A DNA stretch of 24,000 bases from Burkholderia sp. WTPI3 (lineage in GTDB: Bacteria > Pseudomonadota > Gammaproteobacteria > Burkholderiales > Burkholderiaceae): contig NZ_JAGIXF010000037.1 in the NCBI RefSeq assembly GCF_021483755.1, forward strand, positions 1 through 24,000, read 5' to 3'. Both the position numbers and the translations under genes were made by a program. The notes under the pieces were generated by a model. It saw nothing but the letters and a program-made list of their open reading frames with translations. It was not told where the DNA came from and searched no databases. Below, piece by piece: positions 10,006 to 17,359 of this stretch; the stretch's first letter is position 1; every line of letters begins with the position of its first letter.

Positions 10006-12942
10006 ATGGACCACTGGCGATTGGCTTATCTCGGGATCCGGCAGGTGCCGCGCGAGCTGAGCGAGTTCGAGCTCGCCACATTCTTCACGTTTTCCAAGCG
10101 GGAGCGTGTTGCCATTGATTCAAGACGCACCGATCTCTTTCGCCTCGCGGTCGCGTTGCACATCGGCTTTCTGCGCATGACCGGCCGGCCGCTCGGCTCG
10201 TACAAGCAGATTCCCACGGTTCTATGGCGACATCTTGGCCGACAGCTGAATGTAAAGCCGCCAGACCTCGGCACGTTACGTTCACTTTACGATGGCAACC
10301 TCAAGACCTTATCCGACCACCAGCGCTTTGCTCGGGACACCATCAATTTTCGCGCCGTCGCGGAACATCAACGTCGGTATGTCATCCGTTGGCTCAAAGA
10401 ACAACTCACCGGTCGCCCGGAACGCGGCCAGTTGACGAACGATCTCAAACGTTGGTTCTACGACCATCGCATCGTGATACCACCCGAGCGCATGCTCAGG
10501 CAGTTTGTCGTCCAGGCTGTACGCGACGTTGAGGGGCAACTGCACGGCGCGCTCGAGCAGGCTGTTGGTATGGAAAAACTCGAGAGTTGGGCGCGAGTTC
10601 TGGCTCAGCCCCATGGAGAACATTCAAGTCTCCAGCGATGGCTGTGGGCCGTCCCGCTGCGCAACTCGACCCATCAGATGAGCGAGATCCTCGACAAAGT
10701 CAACTTGCTCACGATGCACGAGGTGGCAACGCGTTGGCCGGTTGAATGCAACGATGCCATGGTGCGCCACTACGCCCGCCGTTGTGCGAGCCGCCCGCCA
10801 TCGATCAGCAAGCGAATCGAACCCCAAAGCCGACGAATCGAAGCCGCCTGCTTCATGCGGTATTCCCTCTGTATTGCGACTGATCAGGTGCTCGAGATGC
10901 TCCGGCGATGGGTACTGAAGGTTGTCAACGACACGTCACGCGAAGTGGATGCGATGCGGATGAAGGCCTCGGATCAACTCCGCGAGTTCGCGCTTGCCGT
11001 CAAAGCACTTGCCAATGATGAAACCCTCTCGCGCGAACAGCTCGGGGAGAAGCTTTGTCTGCTTGCAGACGATGTTTTGCAACCGCATCCCACCAGCCGT
11101 CGGAGCCAGATCCGGCAGTGCCTGGTCCGAAAGCGGTACTACGCCCGTAACCTTTTGAATCGGATCGTGCAGTTGCCGTTCGAGGCCGAGGGTGCTCATC
11201 CTGTAGTCGATGCTCTCTCGTTACTACGTGTGCTATATCGACGTCGCGCTTATCTCCTGCCCGACGGGGTCAATATCAGGCTTGGGCGCGCGTGGCGCGA
11301 GGCGATCGATGGTTACGATCGGCTGCGGGCCATGGTTGCTTTCGAGTGGGCCACCCTCTTTGCGCTCCGTGTCGCCCTGCGCAACGGCTCGGTTTTCATC
11401 AACCACAGCTTCTCGTTCAGAAGTCAGTCGCATATGCTGATCTCGGCCGAGCAGTGGAAGGCAAAGCGTAACAATCACTATGGACACCTCGGCCTGCCCC
11501 AAGACCCGAACGAATTTCTCGGACCAATCCTTGAACAGCTCGAACAGCGCCTCGCATTACTCGATGATGCCGTGGTCAATGGTTCGATCCGGGTTGATAC
11601 TGCTGTCCACCTCGACCCGATTGCTGCGCAGGATCCAGACGCAGAAGCCGATCAACTTCGCCGTCAGATCTTCGAAGCTCATCCGCCAGGCCAATTTCCC
11701 GAGATCATCCTCGAGATCGATAGTGCGACACGCTTCAGTTGGATCCTGCTCGGACGCGAGCAGCGGTCACGCACCGAATTACTGATGGTGTATTCGGCGA
11801 TACTGGCTCACGGGACCTCGCTGACGGCTGCTGATATTTCCCGGATGGTCCCGGAGGTGTCAACCGAAGCGATTCGTCAAATGATGAAGCGTCTCGCAGA
11901 CGAGCGAATGCTGCGTGCAGCCGCCGACGCCGTCCTTGAGTTCATGCACGAGCACCCGATCGCCGCCCACTGGGGCCGAGCCGATCTCGCATCGTCTGAC
12001 ATGATGTCGCTGGAGACAACCCGGACAATTTGGCGAGCACGTGCAGACCCTCGTCGCCGTACGGCATCCATCGGGATGTACACCCATGTGTTGGATCGCT
12101 GGGGAATTTTCTACGATCAACCTATCATCCTCAATGAGCGACAAGCAGGCGCAGCAATTGAGGGCGTCGTCCGTCAAAGCGCCACCAAGGACATCGCTCA
12201 ACTTGCCGTCGATACGCACGGTTACACCGATTTCGCGATGGGCGTGTCCCGGGCACTTGGCTTTGATTTATGCCCTCGCCTGGCACACCTTCGTGACCGA
12301 CGTCTGCACGTGCCTCGCAGTCAGGAGATCCCGGCGCGGCTCGCAGGGGTCACGGATCGCGACGTCCGACTCGGTCTCATCGTTGACGTGTGGGACGAAT
12401 TCGTGAGGATCGCTGCATCAATTCGCTCTGGCCAATGCACGGCGGTCGAAGCGATTGCCAGATTCGGATCAGCTGCTCGAGGGCAGGCTGTGTACGATGG
12501 CGGCGTTCACATCGGCCGCCTATTCAGAAGTATTTTTCTGATCGACTACTTCACCAATGCCTCTTTCCGGTCGGAGTTGCAACATGCCCTGAATCGGGGA
12601 GAAGCGGTGCATACCGTGCAACGCGCAATTCACATCGGTCGCATTCCGGTGGAGCTAGCTCGGCGCCAGGAATCGCTCGCGGCAGTGTCATCGGCGTTGA
12701 CCCTGCTCGCGAACATCTTGATGGCTTGGAACACCACCCACATGCAACGAGCCCTGGAGAACATCGAAGCTAGCCGGGGGCAGCCGATCGCGACCGAGCA
12801 ACTCCGGCGAATCGCTCCAACTCATATCGAGGGCATCAACTTGCGCGGCACCTTCAATTTTCCCGTGTCACTGTACGCAAAGCGGATCTTGCCGAGCATC
12901 GCGGCCGACAACCCCATTCCGTCAACCAGTCGGAGCGCCTAA
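10006..12942 (+). CDS. tnpA: Tn3-family transposase (DUF4158 N-terminal domain plus DDE Tnp_Tn3 domain), copy 1
   Basis: At 978 aa its size is typical of the family. The N-terminus is FFTFSKRERVAIDSRRTDLFRLAVALHIGFLRMTGRPL (DUF4158 pattern). The C-terminal catalytic region has DTHGYTDFAMGVSRALGFDLCPR and GEAVHTVQRAI...LLANILMAWNT. Confidence 0.93.
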   Translation: MDHWRLAYLGIRQVPRELSEFELATFFTFSKRERVAIDSRRTDLFRLAVALHIGFLRMTGRPLGSYKQIPTVLWRHLGRQLNVKPPDLGTLRSLYDGNLKTLSDHQRFARDTINFRAVAEHQRRYVIRWLKEQLTGRPERGQLTNDLKRWFYDHRIVIPPERMLRQFVVQAVRDVEGQLHGALEQAVGMEKLESWARVLAQPHGEHSSLQRWLWAVPLRNSTHQMSEILDKVNLLTMHEVATRWPVECNDAMVRHYARRCASRPPSISKRIEPQSRRIEAACFMRYSLCIATDQVLEMLRRWVLKVVNDTSREVDAMRMKASDQLREFALAVKALANDETLSREQLGEKLCLLADDVLQPHPTSRRSQIRQCLVRKRYYARNLLNRIVQLPFEAEGAHPVVDALSLLRVLYRRRAYLLPDGVNIRLGRAWREAIDGYDRLRAMVAFEWATLFALRVALRNGSVFINHSFSFRSQSHMLISAEQWKAKRNNHYGHLGLPQDPNEFLGPILEQLEQRLALLDDAVVNGSIRVDTAVHLDPIAAQDPDAEADQLRRQIFEAHPPGQFPEIILEIDSATRFSWILLGREQRSRTELLMVYSAILAHGTSLTAADISRMVPEVSTEAIRQMMKRLADERMLRAAADAVLEFMHEHPIAAHWGRADLASSDMMSLETTRTIWRARADPRRRTASIGMYTHVLDRWGIFYDQPIILNERQAGAAIEGVVRQSATKDIAQLAVDTHGYTDFAMGVSRALGFDLCPRLAHLRDRRLHVPRSQEIPARLAGVTDRDVRLGLIVDVWDEFVRIAASIRSGQCTAVEAIARFGSAARGQAVYDGGVHIGRLFRSIFLIDYFTNASFRSELQHALNRGEAVHTVQRAIHIGRIPVELARRQESLAAVSSALTLLANILMAWNTTHMQRALENIEASRGQPIATEQLRRIAPTHIEGINLRGTFNFPVSLYAKRILPSIAADNPIPSTSRSA

Positions 12943-13105
12943 CGACGGGGTGTACTGGTACCGCCGGTCGAGGGGCCGCTCATCTTCGTTTTGGTCACGT
13001 CTGGAGACGCCCTCTGCTTCGTTAGCGAAGGGTAGACACTAACCCATTGTTTTATCGGAATTAATATTTAGGGCCGCAAGGCAAGTCCTTGCCAGGCCTA
13101 AAGGC

Positions 13106-13143
13106 ATCTAACCGGAAAAGCGCGCGGAAATCAAAACCACCCC
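13106..13143 (-). repeat. Right terminal inverted repeat of Tn3-family element 1
   Basis: Read inward from 13143 it is GGGGTGGTTTTGATTTCCGCGCGCTTTTCCGGTTAGAT. It matches the plus-strand sequence at 15352 at 26 of the first 33 positions. It has the family-typical GGGG outer end and a TAG/TAAG-like inner end. The IS3 ORF homology stops exactly here. Confidence 0.75.
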
Positions 13144-13501
13144 GGGACGACGGCACATTCGGAGCATTGCTGACAAGACGCTTCCGAATATCGGGGCGCA
13201 GCTCGTAGACCCACGCGGCCAGCACTGCGCGACACGGATACCCCAGTGCTCTCGTGGTCCCGGCAAAATTGCGGCCATGACTCAAATAATGCTCGACCGC
13301 GATCTGCTTCTGTTCGGTAGAGTATCGTGGCCTGGAGCGGCGATAGCCCGCCGGCAAATCGCCAACCTCAATGAACGCACGGTACCATCGTGCCAAGTTC
13401 TTGCGCGACGGATATCCCAGCTCGCGAATAGTCGCCGCTGCGCTCCTACCGTACTTGATGTAGAGCTGAACCGCTCGAACGCGGTCTTTGTATGAATACA
13501 T
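13144..13501 (-). pseudogene. IS3-family transposase OrfA (double helix-turn-helix), 3'-truncated
   Basis: MYSYKDRVRAVQLYIKYGRSAAATIRELGYPSRKNLARWYRAF...YSTEQKQIAVEHYLSHGRNFAGTTRALGYPCRAVLAAWVYELRPD is a typical IS3-family OrfA N-terminus. After about codon 120 the track ORF (to 13061) reads through the Tn3 IR into unrelated sequence. Confidence 0.7.
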
Positions 13502-13551
13502 GAACTACCTCCAAGGTAGTCCAAGATTTTGTCCGCACCCCCGGTGGGTCA
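13144..13551 (-). mobile_element. IS3-family insertion sequence remnant (left end plus 5' part of orfA), truncated by the Tn3-family IR
   Basis: On the minus strand TGACCCACCGGGGGTGCGGACAAAATC starts at 13551. This is the TGA...-type terminal IR typical of the IS3 family, ~50 bp before the orfA ATG at 13501. The element ends abruptly at 13143/13144. Confidence 0.6.
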
Positions 13552-13717
13552 GGATTCCGTGCAAATCAACAGCCGGGGCTTGGGCGAGTCCACGGAGCTG
13601 GTGTGCACATCAGATCCTATATCGGCGGTTGTGATTCAAGCTTGAGAGACCAGTGGGAAAAATCGGGCAACGAACCGATCATCCGTTACCATTCCGCCGT
13701 ATTGCAATAACTCGGCG

Positions 13718-14050
13718 ATGATCGTGATCAATGAACTACAAGACCTACAGGCCCAACTCCGTGAATTGAACATTCGGCTCGCGGATCTGAAGAAGGACGA
13801 GAAGCAGGCGTATTTGGCGGATGTCCAGGAGCGCGTGGAGCTCTACGGCATCACCGAGGACGAACTGCTGCGTGCGGCAGGCTTCCGAAAATTCCGCAAA
13901 CCGCGGGCGCAAGCGAAGTACTACGACCCCTCTTCGGGCAAGCAATGGTCTGGATTCGGGCCGCGACCGAAATGGCTAGAAGGCAAGGATCTCGACGACT
14001 ACCTGATCGAGCGTGCAGCGAAACCGCGGTGGCCCGGAGAGGACGCCTGA
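13718..14050 (+). CDS. H-NS-family nucleoid-associated protein (xenogeneic-silencer type)
   Basis: 110 aa with an N-terminal coiled coil (LQDLQAQLRELNIRLADLKKDEKQ). The C-terminal DNA-binding domain reads KYYDPSSGKQWSGFGPRPKWLEG, compared with the canonical KY.DP.TG.TWSGRGR.P.W. Confidence 0.75.
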   Translation: MIVINELQDLQAQLRELNIRLADLKKDEKQAYLADVQERVELYGITEDELLRAAGFRKFRKPRAQAKYYDPSSGKQWSGFGPRPKWLEGKDLDDYLIERAAKPRWPGEDA

Positions 14051-14180
14051 TGGCTCATCCTCGCCACGATCGTGCCGGGCGAATGTTCGGCGGCGGTCGG
14101 GCAAACGTCTCGCCGGTGTTGGGCCCATGCCCCAAACTTGCGGTACCCTGTCCCGGAACGGTTCCTTATGGGGCACGGCA

Positions 14181-15092
14181 ATGTGCTATTCCGCAAAGAT
14201 CCAGGCGAACTATCGAGAGTACGTCCGACGTTACGGCGCCGACATGGACATCGAGACGTTCAGGCGCATCTTCTTCGCGCGTGCTGCCGGAAGCGACATC
14301 AAGATCCCGAAAGCGGTCGACGCCGCGTTCGCTGGTGTCGACGACGAAATCTCGGCCGCGATCGCCGCGTATCGCAGCCAGTGGACGCGGAAGCTGGAGA
14401 CCGATCTGTTCGAGCAACGAGCGCGGCTTGCCGCGGCAGAGAAGAAGCTTGCCGTGAAGATCACGAAGAAGGCCAGCGAGGACGTCCGGATCGCCACGAA
14501 CAAGATCGATGCGGCAGCGCGCGGGCTCGACGATCTTCGCCGTCAGGACCTGCAGGAGCGGGATTCGCGGATCTTCCCCGGCTGGTATGCGCCCGTCCTG
14601 ATCGAACTCGACGGCAAACGCCTGGTCGTGCCGATGCGGTATCGATGCCGGATACCGGGCTGGACCGAAGCGGACGAAAAACAGAAGCCGGCAACTTATA
14701 ACGCGCGCTCGGATTCGCTCGCCACGGCCTGGCGCAAGGTCTTCGGCTTCACGCATGGGCTCGTGCTCGTCGACGCTTTTTTCGAAAACGTGAAGCGCGA
14801 CGGCCAGAATGTCGTGCTTCGCTTCGACCCAACGCCCCCGCAACACATGCAGGTCGCCTGCCTGTGGACCCGCACCGAGATCCCTGGCGGCGACGATTTG
14901 TGGTCCTTCGCGGCGATCACCGACGACCCACCACCGGAAGTGGCGGCTGCCGGACACGACAGATGTATTGTCCCCATTAAATCCTCGAACGTCGATGCCT
15001 GGCTGGCGCCAGACCCAAGCCGGCGCGCGCAGCTGCGCGAGATCCTCGCCGACCGCGAGCGGCCGTACTACGAGCACCAGCTCGCAGCGTAA
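14181..15092 (+). CDS. SOS response-associated peptidase (SRAP / YedK-HMCES family) with a long N-proximal insertion
   Basis: I trimmed track ORF 14013..15092 to the ATG at 14181 so that the product begins Met-Cys (MCYSAKI), the SRAP hallmark. Family blocks are present: ATYNARSDS (Asn), LVLVDAFFENV (Glu), VACLW, SFAAIT and GHDRCIVPI (His). About 130 residues separate Cys2 from the IFPGWYAPV block. Confidence 0.75.
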   Translation: MCYSAKIQANYREYVRRYGADMDIETFRRIFFARAAGSDIKIPKAVDAAFAGVDDEISAAIAAYRSQWTRKLETDLFEQRARLAAAEKKLAVKITKKASEDVRIATNKIDAAARGLDDLRRQDLQERDSRIFPGWYAPVLIELDGKRLVVPMRYRCRIPGWTEADEKQKPATYNARSDSLATAWRKVFGFTHGLVLVDAFFENVKRDGQNVVLRFDPTPPQHMQVACLWTRTEIPGGDDLWSFAAITDDPPPEVAAAGHDRCIVPIKSSNVDAWLAPDPSRRAQLREILADRERPYYEHQLAA

Positions 15093-15127
15093 ACGCGGGG
15101 GTTGGTAGGGCGGTTATCTCTGTCATA

Positions 15128-15147
15128 TACTGTACAAACATACAGTA
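15128..15147. promoter_or_regulatory. LexA operator (SOS box) in front of imuA
   Basis: TACTGTACAAACATACAGTA has perfect palindromic arms TACTGT-N8-ACAGTA, matching the beta/gammaproteobacterial CTGT-N8-ACAG consensus. It ends 19 bp upstream of the imuA ATG. Confidence 0.85.
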
Positions 15148-15165
15148 TTTTGCGTAGCCGACCCC

Positions 15166-15351
15166 ATGCACCCCGCCCTCGCCCATCCAGAAGCAATCCA
15201 TCCGAGTTTATGGCGAGCCAGCCAACTGGCTCGCTCGAGCGTGCGCGGCGTCGACACTGGCCATCCGGAACTGACGGCCGAACTCCCGGGCGGCGGCTGG
15301 CCGGCCGGCGCGCTGGTCGAATTGCTCGCGCCACAGCCTGGCATCGGCATC
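15166..15351 (+). pseudogene. imuA: imuA (SulA/RecA-like subunit of the ImuA-ImuB-DnaE2 mutasome), only ~60 N-terminal codons left
   Basis: MHPALAHPEAIHPSLWRASQL...VDTGHPELTAELPGGGWPAGALVELLAPQPGIGIG matches the conserved ImuA N-terminus (LWR..., LPGGGWP.GAL.ELL....G.GE). The similarity stops where the GGGG of the transposon IR starts (15352). The track ORF continues to 15414 through IR sequence. Confidence 0.75.
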
Positions 15352-15389
15352 GGGGTTGCCTTGATTTCGGTGCGTTTTACCGGTGTAGG
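15352..15389 (+). repeat. Left terminal inverted repeat of the Cu/Ag Tn3-family transposon
   Basis: GGGGTTGCCTTGATTTCGGTGCGTTTTACCGGTGTAGG matches the reverse complement of 13143-13106 at 26 of 33 positions, and TAG aligns after a 1-nt gap. It sits exactly at the imuA truncation point. Confidence 0.75.
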
Positions 15390-15595
15390 ACGACCTCGCT
15401 GCGACAACGGTTAGCGCTCCGCCCCCAAAACAATACATAATGAAATCAGTTACTTTCTGATTGGCCTCTTCCGCGTCCAACGGTCCCTTTGGCGATCGCG
15501 TTTCAAGCCGGCCCATCTGGTTCTGGTCGTGGCCTGCAAAAAGTAGTGCAATTACCCACCGCGATCGCGTCGGGCTACAAGCTATAATTCCCGCC

Positions 15596-15964
15596 ATGAA
15601 ACTGCTCCGGACCTTCATCCTGTTGCTGCTCTGCGCGGTGCTGCCCATCAGTGGGCTGGCAGCGAGCGGCTTGACCGGTGAATGTCCGATGCAGCAAACC
15701 ATGTCCATGGATGCGGACGCAGGCATGCCCGCCGACGCGCCGGGCTGCGATTCGATGAAGCCATCGTCCGTCGACAAAGCCAAGGCCAAGGGCGGGTTCT
15801 GCAAAGTGACCGCCCAGTGTCAGTTCGGCAGCCTCTACCATCCGGCCGCCAAGGCCGACATCAGTCGACCGGCGGTGTTCGGCACGCCCGTCGTCTTTCA
15901 CTACATCCAGTCTCTCCCGGTCCGTGACCCGAACGGGTTGTGGCGACCTCCGCGTCTCGTCTAA
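15596..15964 (+). CDS. Small secreted Cys/Met/His-containing protein at the head of the efflux operon (CzcI/CusD/SilD-like position); function unknown
   Basis: I trimmed track ORF 15461..15964 to MKLLRTFILLLLCAVLPISGLAA, a classic signal peptide. The mature part has Cys and Met clusters (GECPMQQTMSMDADAGMPADAPGCDSM, CKVTAQC) and a Pro/Arg tail (LWRPPRLV), like small ORFs that precede heavy-metal RND operons. Confidence 0.6.
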   Translation: MKLLRTFILLLLCAVLPISGLAASGLTGECPMQQTMSMDADAGMPADAPGCDSMKPSSVDKAKAKGGFCKVTAQCQFGSLYHPAAKADISRPAVFGTPVVFHYIQSLPVRDPNGLWRPPRLV

Positions 15965-16055
15965 TCCCTCGCTGACAGGTTCACCGCAGTTGCGGTGAAG
16001 TTCGTCCTATGCCGGACGTGGAATCCCTATGGGATTTCGCCTTTGGGGTTAGAAC

Positions 16056-17348
16056 ATGCCATTCATTTTCGGCACGCCGCTGCGTCGACGTGTTCCTCGG
16101 CGCGTGCACTCGCTGGTTGCCGCGCTGCTCGTCGCGGGCGTCGCTCACGCCCAGCTGGCGCCTTTCACGCTGGACGCTGCGCTACAGTCGGCGACCGATC
16201 GCTCTTTATCGATGCAGGCCGCCCAGGCGTCCGTGCGCGCCAGTTCGGAGGCGGCCGTGAAAGCTGGCCAGTTGCCAGATCCGATGCTTAAAGCAGGCAT
16301 CGACAACCTACCGATCAATGGTCCGCAACGCTTCACCATCGGCCAGGACTTCATGACGATGCGCCGTATCGGCATCGAACAGGAATGGGTATCCGGCGAT
16401 AAGCGGAGGCTGCGCTCGGCGCTCGCCGACGAAATGGTCGGGCGCGAGCGTGCCGGCTATCTCGTGCAGCTCGCCAACGTGCGCCAGCAAACCGCCACGA
16501 CCTGGCTGAACGCCGTCTATGCGAAACAGGCGCTCGCGCTGCAGCAGGCCCTGCTGGATCACATGCATCACGAATTCGCGGCGACGAAGGCGTCGTATCG
16601 CGGCGCCAAGGCGAGCGCCGCCGACGTGGTGCAAGCGCAGGCGATGCTCGCGCAGACTCAGGACCAGGTGCTCAAGGCGCAACAGGCTTATCAGACCGCG
16701 CTCATTGGCTTGTCACGCTGGACGGCCACTCCCGTTTCCGAGGTGACTGGCGAACCGCCGGCGCCCGAGTCGTTCGTGTCGTCGCTCCCACTGGACGAAC
16801 TGCGCCTGTCGCAGCCGACGCTCGTGGCCGCCGCGGACGACATTGCGGTCGCCGAAGCCGATACCGCCGTCGCCAGCAGCGAGCGCAGCCCGAACTGGAC
16901 GTGGGAGGTCGCGTACCAGCAACGTGGCGGTGCGTACTCGAACATGGTGTCGGTCGGCGTCACCATTCCGTTGCCGCTGAACCAGAAAAACCGCCAGAAC
17001 CGCGACGTCGCCGAGAAAGCCGAGCTCGCCACGAAGGCGCGGCTGATGTACGACGACGCGCTGCGACAAGTGCAGGCCGACATCCGCACGCAATCCGCGA
17101 CGCTGGCGAGCGGACGCGAACGCATCGCCAATCTGAGCCGGTTGTTGCTGCCCGCCGCGGACCAGCGCGTGCAACTCGCGAATGCCGCCTATCGCGCGGG
17201 TAGCGGCTCGCTCGCGGACACGTTTGCTGCCCGCCGTGCCCAACTGGAAGCGCAGCTGCAGGTGCTCGACCTCAAGCGCGAGGTGTCGCAGACCTGGGCG
17301 CAGCTCGAATATCAGGTGGTGCCGTCAACGATGGCCGCCGCTCAGTGA
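16056..17348 (+). CDS. cusC: TolC-family outer membrane efflux protein of the heavy-metal RND system
   Basis: 430 aa with a signal peptide ending AHA-Q (no lipobox Cys). It has two outer-membrane-efflux repeats with long helical regions (e.g. LQQALLDHMHHEFAATKASYRGAKASAADVVQAQAML; AAYRAGSGSLADTFAARRAQLEAQLQVLDLKRE). It is the first of the C-B-A genes. Confidence 0.85.
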   Translation: MPFIFGTPLRRRVPRRVHSLVAALLVAGVAHAQLAPFTLDAALQSATDRSLSMQAAQASVRASSEAAVKAGQLPDPMLKAGIDNLPINGPQRFTIGQDFMTMRRIGIEQEWVSGDKRRLRSALADEMVGRERAGYLVQLANVRQQTATTWLNAVYAKQALALQQALLDHMHHEFAATKASYRGAKASAADVVQAQAMLAQTQDQVLKAQQAYQTALIGLSRWTATPVSEVTGEPPAPESFVSSLPLDELRLSQPTLVAAADDIAVAEADTAVASSERSPNWTWEVAYQQRGGAYSNMVSVGVTIPLPLNQKNRQNRDVAEKAELATKARLMYDDALRQVQADIRTQSATLASGRERIANLSRLLLPAADQRVQLANAAYRAGSGSLADTFAARRAQLEAQLQVLDLKREVSQTWAQLEYQVVPSTMAAAQ

Positions 17349-17359
17349 AGGAGAACGAC

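Larger units (their letters stand above)
9618..13143 (+). mobile_element. Minimal (IS-like) Tn3-family element carrying only tnpA; right end firm, left end tentative
   Basis: A 978 aa Tn3-family transposase is followed by a terminal IR that begins GGGG at 13143 and reads inward. The candidate left IR at 9618 shares collinear blocks with the other two IR copies. There is no resolvase gene. The flanking 5-mers differ (CATCA / GGGAC), so no target-site duplication is visible. Confidence 0.6.

Noticed and set aside
12943-13105. Small palindromes after the tnpA stop (GTACTGGTAC; CTTCG-TTAG-CGAAG), considered as a possible terminator or res site.
   Set aside because: The stems are short, there is no T-run and there is no repeated subsite architecture. 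I cannot tell them apart from chance.
13719-13731. TGATCGTGATCAA at the H-NS-like start codon is identical to the core of the FNR box at 4594-4606.
   Set aside because: The full 14-mer here is ATGAT-N4-ATCAA and it overlaps the start codon rather than a promoter. By rough expectation, several exact 13-mer coincidences are expected in 24 kb on both strands.
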